The notes under the pieces are model-generated. The model was given only the letters and a program-made list of their open reading frames with translations, had not been told where the DNA came from and made no database searches. A stretch of DNA of 63,997 nt, filler included, from Barthelona sp. PAP020 (taxonomy: Eukaryota): NCBI GenBank assembly GCA_040182905.1. It is 25 parts of 25 records of this genome, joined end to end, with 100 filler letters (N's around TTAATTAATTAA, not from the genome) between each part and the next. Parts side by side here need not be neighbours in the genome. Positions count along the whole stretch, not along the records: positions 10,669 to 13,224 come from JARQWU010000817.1; positions 13,325 to 15,879 come from JARQWU010000818.1; positions 15,980 to 18,522 come from JARQWU010000819.1; positions 18,623 to 21,163 come from JARQWU010000820.1; positions 21,264 to 23,801 come from JARQWU010000821.1; 20 more parts are not named here. One strand, written 5' to 3'. Positions 11,681-21,595 of this stretch are shown in pieces (within the stretch, counting starts at the first letter, position 1; every line of letters begins with the position of its first letter). The translations under genes and the position numbers were made by a program.

Positions 11681-13324
11681 GTTTATCAGATATTTAGTCA
11701 CAAAACTTTTTCAATTTTATTCGATTTTATTGATTATGATTCGTTCATTCTTTAGAACAGTATACGGTGGACATCCGTTATTTTTTCATTTGATTTTTAT
11801 CAACCAGACATTATAAAGTTTCTTTTCATATTTTTGTTTTTTAACGTTGTCTTTTAGTTGAAATTAAACAATTTGAAAGATCTTGAAAACTCACAACATG
11901 ATGAAAGACTGGAATTTACAAATGTAATTTTTTATTTTTCTTCTTGTACGAACCTTTTCCAGAACTTTCCCAAATTAGAGACTGGGAAAACTCAGTTGAT
12001 TAATAAATAATAAACCTTAATCTTTATTCTTTTCGGGGGGTCCAGCGTTCTTGAAAGGAACTTCTCTTTTTTGAGACCTACTCTTTCATAGGCTTTCGTA
12101 GGAGAGCTACGCCTATGCAGGGTGTGAAATATTGCATTACTAATTGCTCAAAAGAGCTTAACGCCCCGATCTCTTTTAAATTTATCCTAATTGTGCAAGT
12201 TTTCATGCATTCACCGTGGTAGGTCAAAAATTTGGGCGTAGGTTAAGGAAAAGTTCTGTACCTCGAGGGAAAAAGGAAGAATAGGAAAATTTCGATTCGC
12301 CAAAAATAATGATAGGCTTGTGAACAACCCTCATTTTTTCTTTTGAATCATCTGATTTTTTGAGTGTTGCCTTACATTTCCCGTTTAAGAAGCGGTGTTC
12401 TATTAATGAAAAGAGAGGAAGAAGTTTTTATTTTGAAAACGTTTTCAAATACTGGTCAAACTGTTGAAATTCAAAGTTTTCTGGACTTTATATTAAAAAC
12501 GTTTAACAAGTGGGTTTTGAGTGTCATTGCATTGTAGATCAGTTCAATTATAAAATAGTTGACAGTGTACCATTTCTTTAAGCAACGTTTATATTACTTT
12601 ATTTATTCATAAATGAGTGCATATCACAATTATTTCCCTTAAATCCGACCAATTTCGAACATGTTTGAGTAATCATATTGTAGTCCTCATTATTGATGCA
12701 AACACATGTGCTTATCAATCGTATTATGATTTGACCATTAATATTTTCACCCTTTAGCGTTGAAATTAAATTTCAGTCCATCAATTCCCCTCTTTTGCTT
12801 TTGACAAAAAATTCCTTTGAAGATTTTGTGTTTTTGCTTTTTCTACAAATAAATATAGTTGTTTCACAACTGGACCAATTGATTTTAAAAATTTTGTGGA
12901 AATTCATGCTCAATGAACGGAATTTATTGGAGATATAAAGAGGTCAACAAATATCACTTCCTTAATTTGTTGTTTCTTGACCACCTTTAGGTCCAATTTT
13001 TTAAGTTACTTGGGCATCTGAATCCACGTGAGTTTTTCCCAAACCATAAGCTAACTCATACCTCATAAATATCTAATAAAGCTTTGAGTTGACAAGAATG
13101 AACTGTTTTTTTATCTTTAATTGGTCCAGTTGTGAAACAACTATATTTATTTACAAAGAAAGTAAACTTAGAAAATACATTCTGCCAGATTTCAGTCAAA
13201 ATCCCAGGGGGGAATTGAGGGACTNNNNNNNNNNNNNNNNNNNNNNNNNNNNNNNNNNNNNNNNNNNNTTAATTAATTAANNNNNNNNNNNNNNNNNNNN
13301 NNNNNNNNNNNNNNNNNNNNNNNN

Positions 13325-13540
13325 CATTTCAAACAGCCAGGATTCAAATTCAAGGCTTTCCCAACTACTCATTTCAATAACACACCGTATATAAAAGCTT
13401 TCGTATACCTTTTCTTGTACCTATCGTGAAATTCTGAATCTGTTGACCAAAACAGCAAAGATACCATGGAGTAATTTCCCCAACCCCAGTTAGTAAATAT
13501 AAATTAAAGCCTTTAATTTTACCCTTTCGTCAAACGTGAA
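13325..13540 (-). repeat. Pol III-downstream cassettes A (13431-13540) and B (13325-13430)
   Basis: A matches 29160-29273 and B matches 31567-31646; both begin TTCAC at the tRNA-proximal end. Confidence 0.85.
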
Positions 13541-13545
13541 CTTGA

Positions 13546-13560
13546 GAGACTCGATCCTCA
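13546..13560 (-). promoter_or_regulatory. Downstream B-box-like motif TGAGGATCGAGTCTC
   Basis: Starts 23 nt after the first terminator T of tRNA-Ile; same motif and spacing at tRNA-Pro and SRP RNA. Confidence 0.7.
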
Positions 13561-13583
13561 CCCTTTATTTGGAGAATATAAAA

Positions 13584-13657
13584 TGGTACCACTGGGGCTT
13601 GAACCCAGGACCTTCGGTTTATTAGACCGAAACACTAACCAACTGTGCTATGGTACC
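13584..13657 (-). tRNA. tRNA-Ile (AAT)
   Basis: Cloverleaf GGTACCA..TGGTACC-A, anticodon arm TCGGT-CT-AAT-AA-ACCGA, T-arm GGTTCAAGCC; TTTT terminator directly after. Confidence 0.95.
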
Positions 13658-13768
13658 CTTCAGCAAAATGAAGTCTTTTTAAAAAATAAAAACATTGTGC
13701 AAATACAAGTATTCTTCTGAATAATTAATTTTAATAAATTTAAGATAAGCAAAATAATCATTCTTCTT

Positions 13769-13848
13769 TATTTTCAAGCCAAGAAGCACTGTGCGTATGA
13801 GTGAATAAAAAAGAATAATATTTATTTAGATGAAGGCTTTTGAGGTCA
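13769..13848 (+). repeat. Dispersed ~90-bp repeat (copy 1)
   Basis: CAAGCCAAGAAGCACTGTGCGTATGAGTGAATAA.. also occurs at 28961-29053 and 37401-37498. Confidence 0.85.
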
Positions 13849-14226
13849 AACGTAGTTGATGAAAAAAATTTAAAATTTACAATTTCTATAGTTTGCACCC
13901 ATTATTAGTTCTTAATTCCACCAATTCTCCTATTCCATTTTTATTCACTTCTACATACTACTTCTTGAACAATAAAAATAAAACTGAATATTTACCCGAT
14001 TTAACAAAAACCACTATTTTCAAGGTAAACAAACATTTTACATATGCACACACACTCTTTCTTTCTCTCTCTCTCTCTCTCCCTCTCTTTCTATTTATTT
14101 ATAAATTTACAATTTCTTGTGTAAGCCTTGACACAAACTTTCAGTTTAGATCACCAAACCTAATTGCTCGTTCATTCCAAATTTGCCTTCTCCTATCGCA
14201 AAGGAAACATACAATAATATATGTCA

Positions 14227-15879
14227 TCAATCAAATAAACTGTGTTCCTTTTCATCATTCAAATTCTTTCCAAATTTTCCCGATAAAAGTAACAACAAGT
14301 CTTTAAATCTTTCAAAATTATTGCATTGAACGACTTTAGTCACATATTCCTTGGCAACTTCCATGCTGCTAAACAAATAGAAAGAATCATTGATGACAGA
14401 AGTTGAATCTTGAGTATTATCATTTATTTCCTTCGAACCAATATATTCTTCCTTCAATAAAGATTCTTCTAGGCATTCAACAAAAGTTTCAAAAAGGTTT
14501 TCTTTCAAAAAGTGCAAAATTTTACAAAAATTTCTAACAGAGATATTACCTGACCCGATTGAATACAAACACAATTTGAACAATTGCTGAATATTTTCAA
14601 CATTTAACACGTTGTAAAATATCAGTTGAATTAAAATTTCAGTAACTTGACCATTAATCGCTCGATTATTTAATTGCATTGCAACAAATAACATTTCAAC
14701 AATCAAATTAACCTCCTCCAATTCACCAAAATCGTCTTTTAAAGAATGAACGGAATTTTTTAGAATTTTAACATAATGTTTCAAAAGTTCTGAATGTTTA
14801 GTTAAATCTTCAATCAAATATCCTTTATGAGATCCAAATCCAGTTAAAAGAAGCTCATTGATCATTGGGTTAACAGTTTGTACAATAATACCAGCACGGC
14901 TTTGATTTTGATCTTTTTCAGATATGGTAGCCAAGGCCATCATCAAGGAAACATCGATTGTCTCACGGAATAAACTAATATTCAAACTTATCAAATTATC
15001 CAAATAATCTTCTTCTAAATAAGCAGAAAATATAGCGATGGAATTCAATACACTTGCTACACCAGCAATCAAAGTATCTCTTTTTTCTTTAAAGTTTAAG
15101 CACGTTTCACAAAGGTCTTCCAAATCTTTCACTTGTAACACATTGATGAATAAAGGATAATAGATAGTATTGTTCTCCTTTTGACTATCTACAACTAAAT
15201 TTGATTGAATTGATTGGTTATCATTACTTTTAACAATTGAATAAAATTCCATGATATATTTTGATAAAATGTTCAATTTATCAGCCAAAGTTTCAACATT
15301 TTCGGATGCGTCTTCTTTCAACATAAAAATAAATGATTCTACAAAATCTTGGGCCACAGATACAGGTAATGCTCTCAGTAAATTTCCAAAATCATTTTGA
15401 ATATTACAATCCTTCCCACAAGGCTCAGCAAATATGTATAACATTGCTTCATAGTAATCCATAAGAACATTGCTAGATATATAGTTGTGTTCATATAATA
15501 CTTCAAAAAGGTTTAACAAACATTTTCCACAAATTTCAGTCAAAGCAGGCAATTTTCCCCAACGATTGATAAGCAATTTAATTATCTCTTGAATATCTTC
15601 AGTATTCAAGATATCACACACACACAATGAATATCTCGTAAAAATACTTATCCCAGCTTGTAATAACTGCAAGGGAACTTGCCTGTACATTGATGTTGAT
15701 GTTTGTTGAAACATTTCCATAGAAATACTAACAATGAATTTCACTTCATTACATTGTATGTCAGCATTTATTGGACATTGGAAAATGAAAAATAAAAGTT
15801 CCAAAAGTTTCCAATCTTTTGAAACAAACATTTGATAAATTTCCCCTGCATTTTCAAAGATATTTTCATTTGCATACAC
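14227..15879 (-). CDS. Alpha-solenoid (HEAT/karyopherin-like) protein, C-terminal fragment
   Basis: 550-aa open frame with amphipathic helical composition; family not identified. Confidence 0.5.
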   Translation of the reverse strand: MYANENIFENAGEIYQMFVSKDWKLLELLFFIFQCPINADIQCNEVKFIVSISMEMFQQTSTSMYRQVPLQLLQAGISIFTRYSLCVCDILNTEDIQEIIKLLINRWGKLPALTEICGKCLLNLFEVLYEHNYISSNVLMDYYEAMLYIFAEPCGKDCNIQNDFGNLLRALPVSVAQDFVESFIFMLKEDASENVETLADKLNILSKYIMEFYSIVKSNDNQSIQSNLVVDSQKENNTIYYPLFINVLQVKDLEDLCETCLNFKEKRDTLIAGVASVLNSIAIFSAYLEEDYLDNLISLNISLFRETIDVSLMMALATISEKDQNQSRAGIIVQTVNPMINELLLTGFGSHKGYLIEDLTKHSELLKHYVKILKNSVHSLKDDFGELEEVNLIVEMLFVAMQLNNRAINGQVTEILIQLIFYNVLNVENIQQLFKLCLYSIGSGNISVRNFCKILHFLKENLFETFVECLEESLLKEEYIGSKEINDNTQDSTSVINDSFYLFSSMEVAKEYVTKVVQCNNFERFKDLLLLLSGKFGKNLNDEKEHSLFD

Positions 15880-15979
15880 NNNNNNNNNNNNNNNNNNNNN
15901 NNNNNNNNNNNNNNNNNNNNNNNTTAATTAATTAANNNNNNNNNNNNNNNNNNNNNNNNNNNNNNNNNNNNNNNNNNNN

Positions 15980-16120
15980 TTAAATAAGACTAGTGGTTTG
16001 GATATGGTGGTTAAAAGAGCTAAAATAGTTCAATTAGTCAAAGAACAAACTGAGGAAATTGAATTCTTAAAATTAGAACTGGACAGATTGAGAAAAAGAA
16101 CTTTCCCTAGTTTTGGCTAA
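15980..16120 (+). CDS. CFAP43: Cilia- and flagella-associated protein 43, C-terminal fragment
   Basis: Translates ..KIVQLVKEQTEEIEFLKLELDRLRKRTFPSFG*, matching the recalled CFAP43 C-terminal LRxRTFPxF motif. Confidence 0.72.
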   Translation, partial: LNKTSGLDMVVKRAKIVQLVKEQTEEIEFLKLELDRLRKRTFPSFG

Positions 16121-16359
16121 ACAAGGGGTCGGAAAACAGGTGAAAAGTTTGTAAAAAAGTTTTATAAATTATGTGTAAAGTTTTTTTGTGTCTTATTCAA
16201 AGAAAGAAAGAAAAAAAAATTTCCTTTCACTTTCAAGGTCTCTACACATCTTTTTATGGGGTTAAATTCAATCTTGAAGTGTTTAAAATATTTATAGATT
16301 TAATTTTATTGTCCTAACAAGATAAACGGACAAAAATGAAGATTCTTTTTTTTTTTTTC

Positions 16360-17610
16360 ATGTCATCCAAAGAAATATGGACAATTGAAGAGGACGAAAT
16401 TATTAAAGCAGCTGTATTACGATATGGAATGTTTAATTGGGGCAAGATATCCTCCTTTCTTCCGAATAAAACAAGCAAAGAATGTCAAGCTAGATTTACT
16501 GAATATCTTGATCCAACTATTCAAAAAGACAATTGGACTGCTGAAGAAGATGAAAAATTAATTCGTTTGGTGAAAGTTTTACCAAATTCTTGGCGTGCAA
16601 TAGCTGCTGTTTTAGATAGACCAGCTAATATTTGTCATTCTAGATATTTAACTCTTGTTGAAGGATATTTAGAGCAAAATAACGAAAATTCTACCAATAG
16701 TCAATCCAATTTTTCAAAATTATTTGCCGATAGTAGAGCTGAAGTTCAAGCACCAATTGGTGAGTCAATTAATCTTGATACCATGGATTTAATGATGCGA
16801 GAAACATGGGAAGAGGCTCAAGCCAGATTGACAGCTGAAAGTCTAACAAAAAAGCAAAAACGTCGTATTAGAGAATCAAAAATGCAAGAAAAAAAACAAA
16901 AAGATAGAGAACAAGCAATAAAAAATAAAATTGAAGCAGGTGAATATATTGCACCTCGGGTTTCTCATCTAAAGAAAAGAAAACAAGATATTTTAGCAAG
17001 AAAATCATCTACAAAAACAAAAGAACAACAAATCGCACTTCAAGCAAAAAAGAATCGTCGCTTTCGTGCAAAAGTTTTTATGAAACCAGAAAATGGTGAA
17101 TTGGTCAGTAACAAGGAGTTTGACACACAATTTGAAGATATGGCAATGGATAATTTAGATATATCCCTAAGATTCTCGATTGATTCTGAAATTAATTTTA
17201 CAAAACTTGAAAATTTGAAAAAGAACTCAGATTTAGGAATACTGAGCCACATTCATGAACAAACGGTACAAATAGAAACTGATTACATCAAAGCAGCCAA
17301 AGAATTAGTTAATATTGAATTAGAAACAATGATGGAACAGAATTTCAGAATCAACAGTTCTTCACAAATGGAGTTATCAAAGTTGAACACTGCTTTGTTG
17401 TTATTGAAACAAAAAGAAAAAATTGAAGCAGAGTCTTTTATTAAAAAACTTCTTCCCTTTGTTGAAGAAGAAAAGCAACTAAATGATTCAGTTTCCACAT
17501 TATTCGATGATATTCAAAGATTAGAACGTGAAAATATTGCTGTTGATGCTTTATTAGAACATGAAAGTTCTTTAATGTTTAAAACTGGATTTGATCATTT
17601 GTTGATTTGA
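16360..17610 (+). CDS. CDC5: CDC5/Cef1 Myb-repeat pre-mRNA splicing factor
   Basis: WTIEEDEIIKAAVLRYG..WGKISS..KECQARFTEYLDPTI..WTAEEDEKL, plus the EAQARL motif of CDC5L. Confidence 0.88.
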   Translation: MSSKEIWTIEEDEIIKAAVLRYGMFNWGKISSFLPNKTSKECQARFTEYLDPTIQKDNWTAEEDEKLIRLVKVLPNSWRAIAAVLDRPANICHSRYLTLVEGYLEQNNENSTNSQSNFSKLFADSRAEVQAPIGESINLDTMDLMMRETWEEAQARLTAESLTKKQKRRIRESKMQEKKQKDREQAIKNKIEAGEYIAPRVSHLKKRKQDILARKSSTKTKEQQIALQAKKNRRFRAKVFMKPENGELVSNKEFDTQFEDMAMDNLDISLRFSIDSEINFTKLENLKKNSDLGILSHIHEQTVQIETDYIKAAKELVNIELETMMEQNFRINSSSQMELSKLNTALLLLKQKEKIEAESFIKKLLPFVEEEKQLNDSVSTLFDDIQRLERENIAVDALLEHESSLMFKTGFDHLLI

Positions 17611-17751
17611 TTTTGACTTTTTTAGGAAAATAAAAGAAATTTCAAGATTTTTTTCTTTTGCCATGAAAACATTATTTGATTTCTAAGAGTGATTTTCTCA
17701 TTCAAAAAGGTTGAATTGTTCGTGGAAACTTATCGACAAAGCTCACTTTTG

Positions 17752-18522
17752 TCAATCATCATCGTCACTCTCATCCTTGCTATCTTCAGTAAACATGTGC
17801 ATATTTCCTCCATTTTTATCATTCATGTGTACCAAATCCCAACATGTGTCAACAATCATATTGTACTCTTTTTGATTCATTGAAATCACAGAACTCACCA
17901 ATTGGCGAATAAACTGACTGTTAACACTCATATCAATAAGAACAGATATAACATGACCTTCTTTCCTTGATAATTTAACAAATTTTGCTAGATAAGAAGA
18001 ACTCCAAGAACAGTAAATTGGATATTTTTTGGTTGTACCATCTGTACACTTTCCAAAAACTAACTGTGCAATGATAGGTGATATAGCCAAGGAAAAATGA
18101 GAAGGATCACAACCACACTGTATCTTTTATATTTCTTGAAAGCTGTCCACATCATATGAAGTAATATACCCATCACCAGACATAACAAGTAGGATTTTGA
18201 GGGAAAAAAATGAAGGGAATATACTTCACCACCCATAGAAAAAGTATGAATTGGTGATCCATCATCCATGTTCCACAGCTTGACTTTCCATCCTTGATCA
18301 CCACAAGCAATGATTCTTTTTTTTGAATGGAAGTCAATGGCTCTGATATATTCACTGTGCTCAAATGTATGAATAAAAGAAAAATTGTTGGAGTCAACCA
18401 ACTGGGCAGTTGTATCATCACTACAAGTTAGAATATGCTTGCCATTTGATAAAGCCTTTACTTTCCAAATCCAACTGCCATGAAGTTTTGATTTCAAAAT
18501 GGTACTCTCATCCCATATGCAC
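17752..18522 (-). pseudogene. WD40 family pseudogene (paralog of 24698-25906)
   Basis: One-base loss in a homopolymer near 18205 shifts the frame, and an in-frame TAA near 18128 replaces the paralog's Gln codon. Confidence 0.75.
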
Positions 18523-18622
18523 NNNNNNNNNNNNNNNNNNNNNNNNNNNNNNNNNNNNNNNNNNNNTTAATTAATTAANNNNNNNNNNNNNNNNNNNNNN
18601 NNNNNNNNNNNNNNNNNNNNNN

Positions 18623-21038
18623 AATTCCTACCCATTTTGTTATAGATACTAGGTTTGAGAATACCAACACCATTGAAACAGGATGGACAATGATACTTCT
18701 CAGGGATTTCTAACCAATTCATAAAGTTAAGAAAAACTTTATCCAAGTGAGGACAAATGTCGGTTGCTACTGGAGAATTTCTTAAGAAGAAATGAAATTT
18801 TGGATAAATATATCTTTTAAACATTACAAAAGCACCATGACGTGAAGTGTTTTGCATTAAAAAGTTAACATACTTCTCAAACTCAGCAGTGAGTCTATTT
18901 CTTGAAAAGTCTCGTATTCCAAGAGGAATTCCAAGAACTTCATCAAATTGATGTACTTGTTTACATTTGGTTGTATTTAACTCTAAATTGACATGAGAGA
19001 GAACAACTTGAGATAAATGAAAGACTTTTCTTTTAACAAATTCAGAACTTTTTGGAATAGCAATATGAATATCATCCAAGTATGCATAAATTTCAGCATC
19101 TGGTATTTGTTGTTGTATCTTTCGTAAACAAGGATCAATTCCAAGAGAGAATAATAATGGTGATAAAACACTACCTTGAGCAACGCCACTTGTCATGTTC
19201 AATGATAAGTTATCACATTGAGCTGAGATTCCACCATTGTAGAGAAATTTGAAATACTTAGAGTATTGGTGAAAAACAGGATCATTTGTGATACACTTAG
19301 CTATGTTGATTGAATTGAAGGCATTTTTACAGTCAAGTGAGTAAACATTATGTGTTGGGAAAAGCAAAGATATTTTGTGAGCGATTGCTGAACATCCATT
19401 TCTGATACCAATTCCATATTGATATGGTTGAAGATTTGGTGTCAGTTTCTCAGCTATTGTTTTGAATATGTGTTTCTCAACAACTTTCAAGAATGTATTA
19501 CCAATCAAAATTGGTCTGATTCTTTTCTTATCCTTTTTCAGTGGAATAAGTTTAGCTATTTTCAAATGTTTGCTACACTTACCTGAGAGGATATCATTGA
19601 AGATTTCAGTGACCAATGTTGATGTTAATTTGGAATCATATGCAGCACGTAACAATTCGATATTCCATCCAAAGATATCTGTTGAATATGAATTCTTTAT
19701 TGAGTTGAGTATTGATATGATTTGATTGGGATTAACTTTGGGACATTCTAACTCTGTGAGATCTTCAAGAGGGTTTTCAACACCAGTAGGAAATAGACGT
19801 TCCATTTCTCTTTTTATTACACTGTGATTTGTTTCAATTCCACCTGATCGGATTAAATTAGCAGCTGTTGAGTATCGACCTCTTGCTATTAGAGATTTAA
19901 GATCTTTTTGATGAAATTGTCTTTTGTTAGTTGATTCCTGTGTTGTAGAGTTTTGTATTGGTAATTTAAGTCGGTTGACTGTATCTTGATTTGAATCATT
20001 GTTGTGAAGATATAATGAAGGAAGACTCAATAAAGTGTTTGGACCAAATAGAAATGCTTCAGCAACTCTCAATTGCCAAAGTGACAATCCAAGTTCAGAT
20101 GTTGGAAGAGTTCGTTTTGTTCCTGTTTTTGGTACATGAGGTACATCTAAATCTGACCATTGAGAATTTGATATACTCAAACAATTATTATGTATTACAC
20201 ATTTATCATTGATCAAAATGCTACATAATTGTTTACATACTTTACAACGCTTTAATTGAGATGAATCTTCTTGAACAGTTTCATCTGATTCATTTTGAGT
20301 AGAATTAGTTGTTATTGCTCCACCAATTGAACCATAAACTCGTAACTTAACATATCTTAGTTTTGCTCGATTGAATGCTTTTGTCAATATATTATGGAGG
20401 TCCGTTTCGTTATCAAGTACAGCATAATCTGCTTCTTTGATACCATTTCGATGTTCATAATATATTTCCTTTTTAAATACATACTTTGGAACTATTGAAG
20501 TGTATGTCTCAATTTGATTTCGTAAATCAATAATGGAAATATTTAACGGAACCATGAATTTTATACATTTTGCAGGAGTTGCAAGTGGTATTATAATTGG
20601 ATGAATATCACCTGGATTTGCTTTTAATCTTAATTCAATTTCAACAGTTTCAACATCTGGATCTTCTATGATTTCATCTTCAGTAATTTCGGATGAAAAT
20701 TCAAGTGTTGAATCAGAATCTTCAATTAATAATGGTGTAGAAATAGTCTCTTCATCATATAAAGATGAATTTAATGTAGAATTTGATTCTTCAGTTGATA
20801 TAGGCGATCTTTTATCAATAACATCAAAACATGAATTTTGGCGGGTACGACAATCTTGTCTAAAAATTGTGTTTTCTTCAACTACAATTCTATCTGAGTC
20901 ATGAAAAACCTTTTTGTTAATGCTTGGAATAAAAGTAGTATTTTCAGTTTTTCTTTCATCATCATCTGAATAACTAGTATCAGAATCATCATTATTGTTT
21001 TTAACATGCACGCTGAATACATTAGCATAGGGCGGCAT
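18623..21038 (-). mobile_element. Non-LTR retrotransposon ORF (CRE-like reverse transcriptase), 3' truncated by contig end
   Basis: RT motifs LIPLKK..IRPILIG, QYGIG, SLDCKNAFNSI, GVAQGSVLSPLLF, YAYLDD. Upstream acidic region, PB1-like domain and CxxC..H..C finger. Second copy at 62504-63743. Confidence 0.9.
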
Positions 21039-21046
21039 ATTTGGTT

Positions 21047-21088
21047 ACTAATAAGAAACTAAGGCTAATAAGAAACTAATAAGAAACT
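21047..21088 (-). repeat. Three copies of AGTTTCTTATT(AG) just upstream of the retrotransposon ATG
   Basis: CTAATAAGAAACT occurs three times on the + strand. Confidence 0.8.
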
Positions 21089-21263
21089 TTATTTTGCTTG
21101 GACTTTTGTCCGGTTTAGTTGGCAGAGTGCCATGACAGCACTCTTGTGACCATCAATTGAAGGNNNNNNNNNNNNNNNNNNNNNNNNNNNNNNNNNNNNN
21201 NNNNNNNTTAATTAATTAANNNNNNNNNNNNNNNNNNNNNNNNNNNNNNNNNNNNNNNNNNNN

Positions 21264-21530
21264 TACTGTTGAGCAATATTTTCTCCAAATATCAACACAG
21301 AAAGGTATTTTTTGAGTAGCATCTTTCAAAACATCTTTACATTCAGGACCTTTTCCTTGTTGTAGTAAAAATTCACTATATTTAATCCATACCACATGAC
21401 ATAATGGAAATATTTCAAGAAATTGTTTGAATAACTCGATAGTTGTTTCTGGTTCATCTTTTGCTATAGAATCTTTGATCAATTTCATCCAATGCCCATA
21501 GTTTTCGGCATTTGGTTGTTGATCACTCAT
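21264..21530 (-). CDS. PRP39: HAT-repeat pre-mRNA processing factor PRP39, 5' fragment
   Basis: FLEIFPLCHVVWIKY..IPFCVDIWRKYC matches the PRP39 HAT N-terminus. Confidence 0.7.
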
Positions 21531-21595
21531 TATTTTTGGTTTTAAGGAAATTGTTCAACACTTTTTTTTTCAAACCTTTTTGGTTCTTTTAAACA

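Noticed and set aside
14060..14088. (CT)n tract and overlapping 137-aa ORF 13893-14306
   Set aside because: Ordinary microsatellite in a 3' flank; the ORF is low-complexity and non-ATG.
18120..18135. TAA-to-Gln genetic code reassignment suggested by an in-frame TAA at a Gln position
   Set aside because: RPS3, HBS1, CFAP43 and ZIP end in TAA, and the same gene also has a frameshift, so it is a pseudogene lesion.
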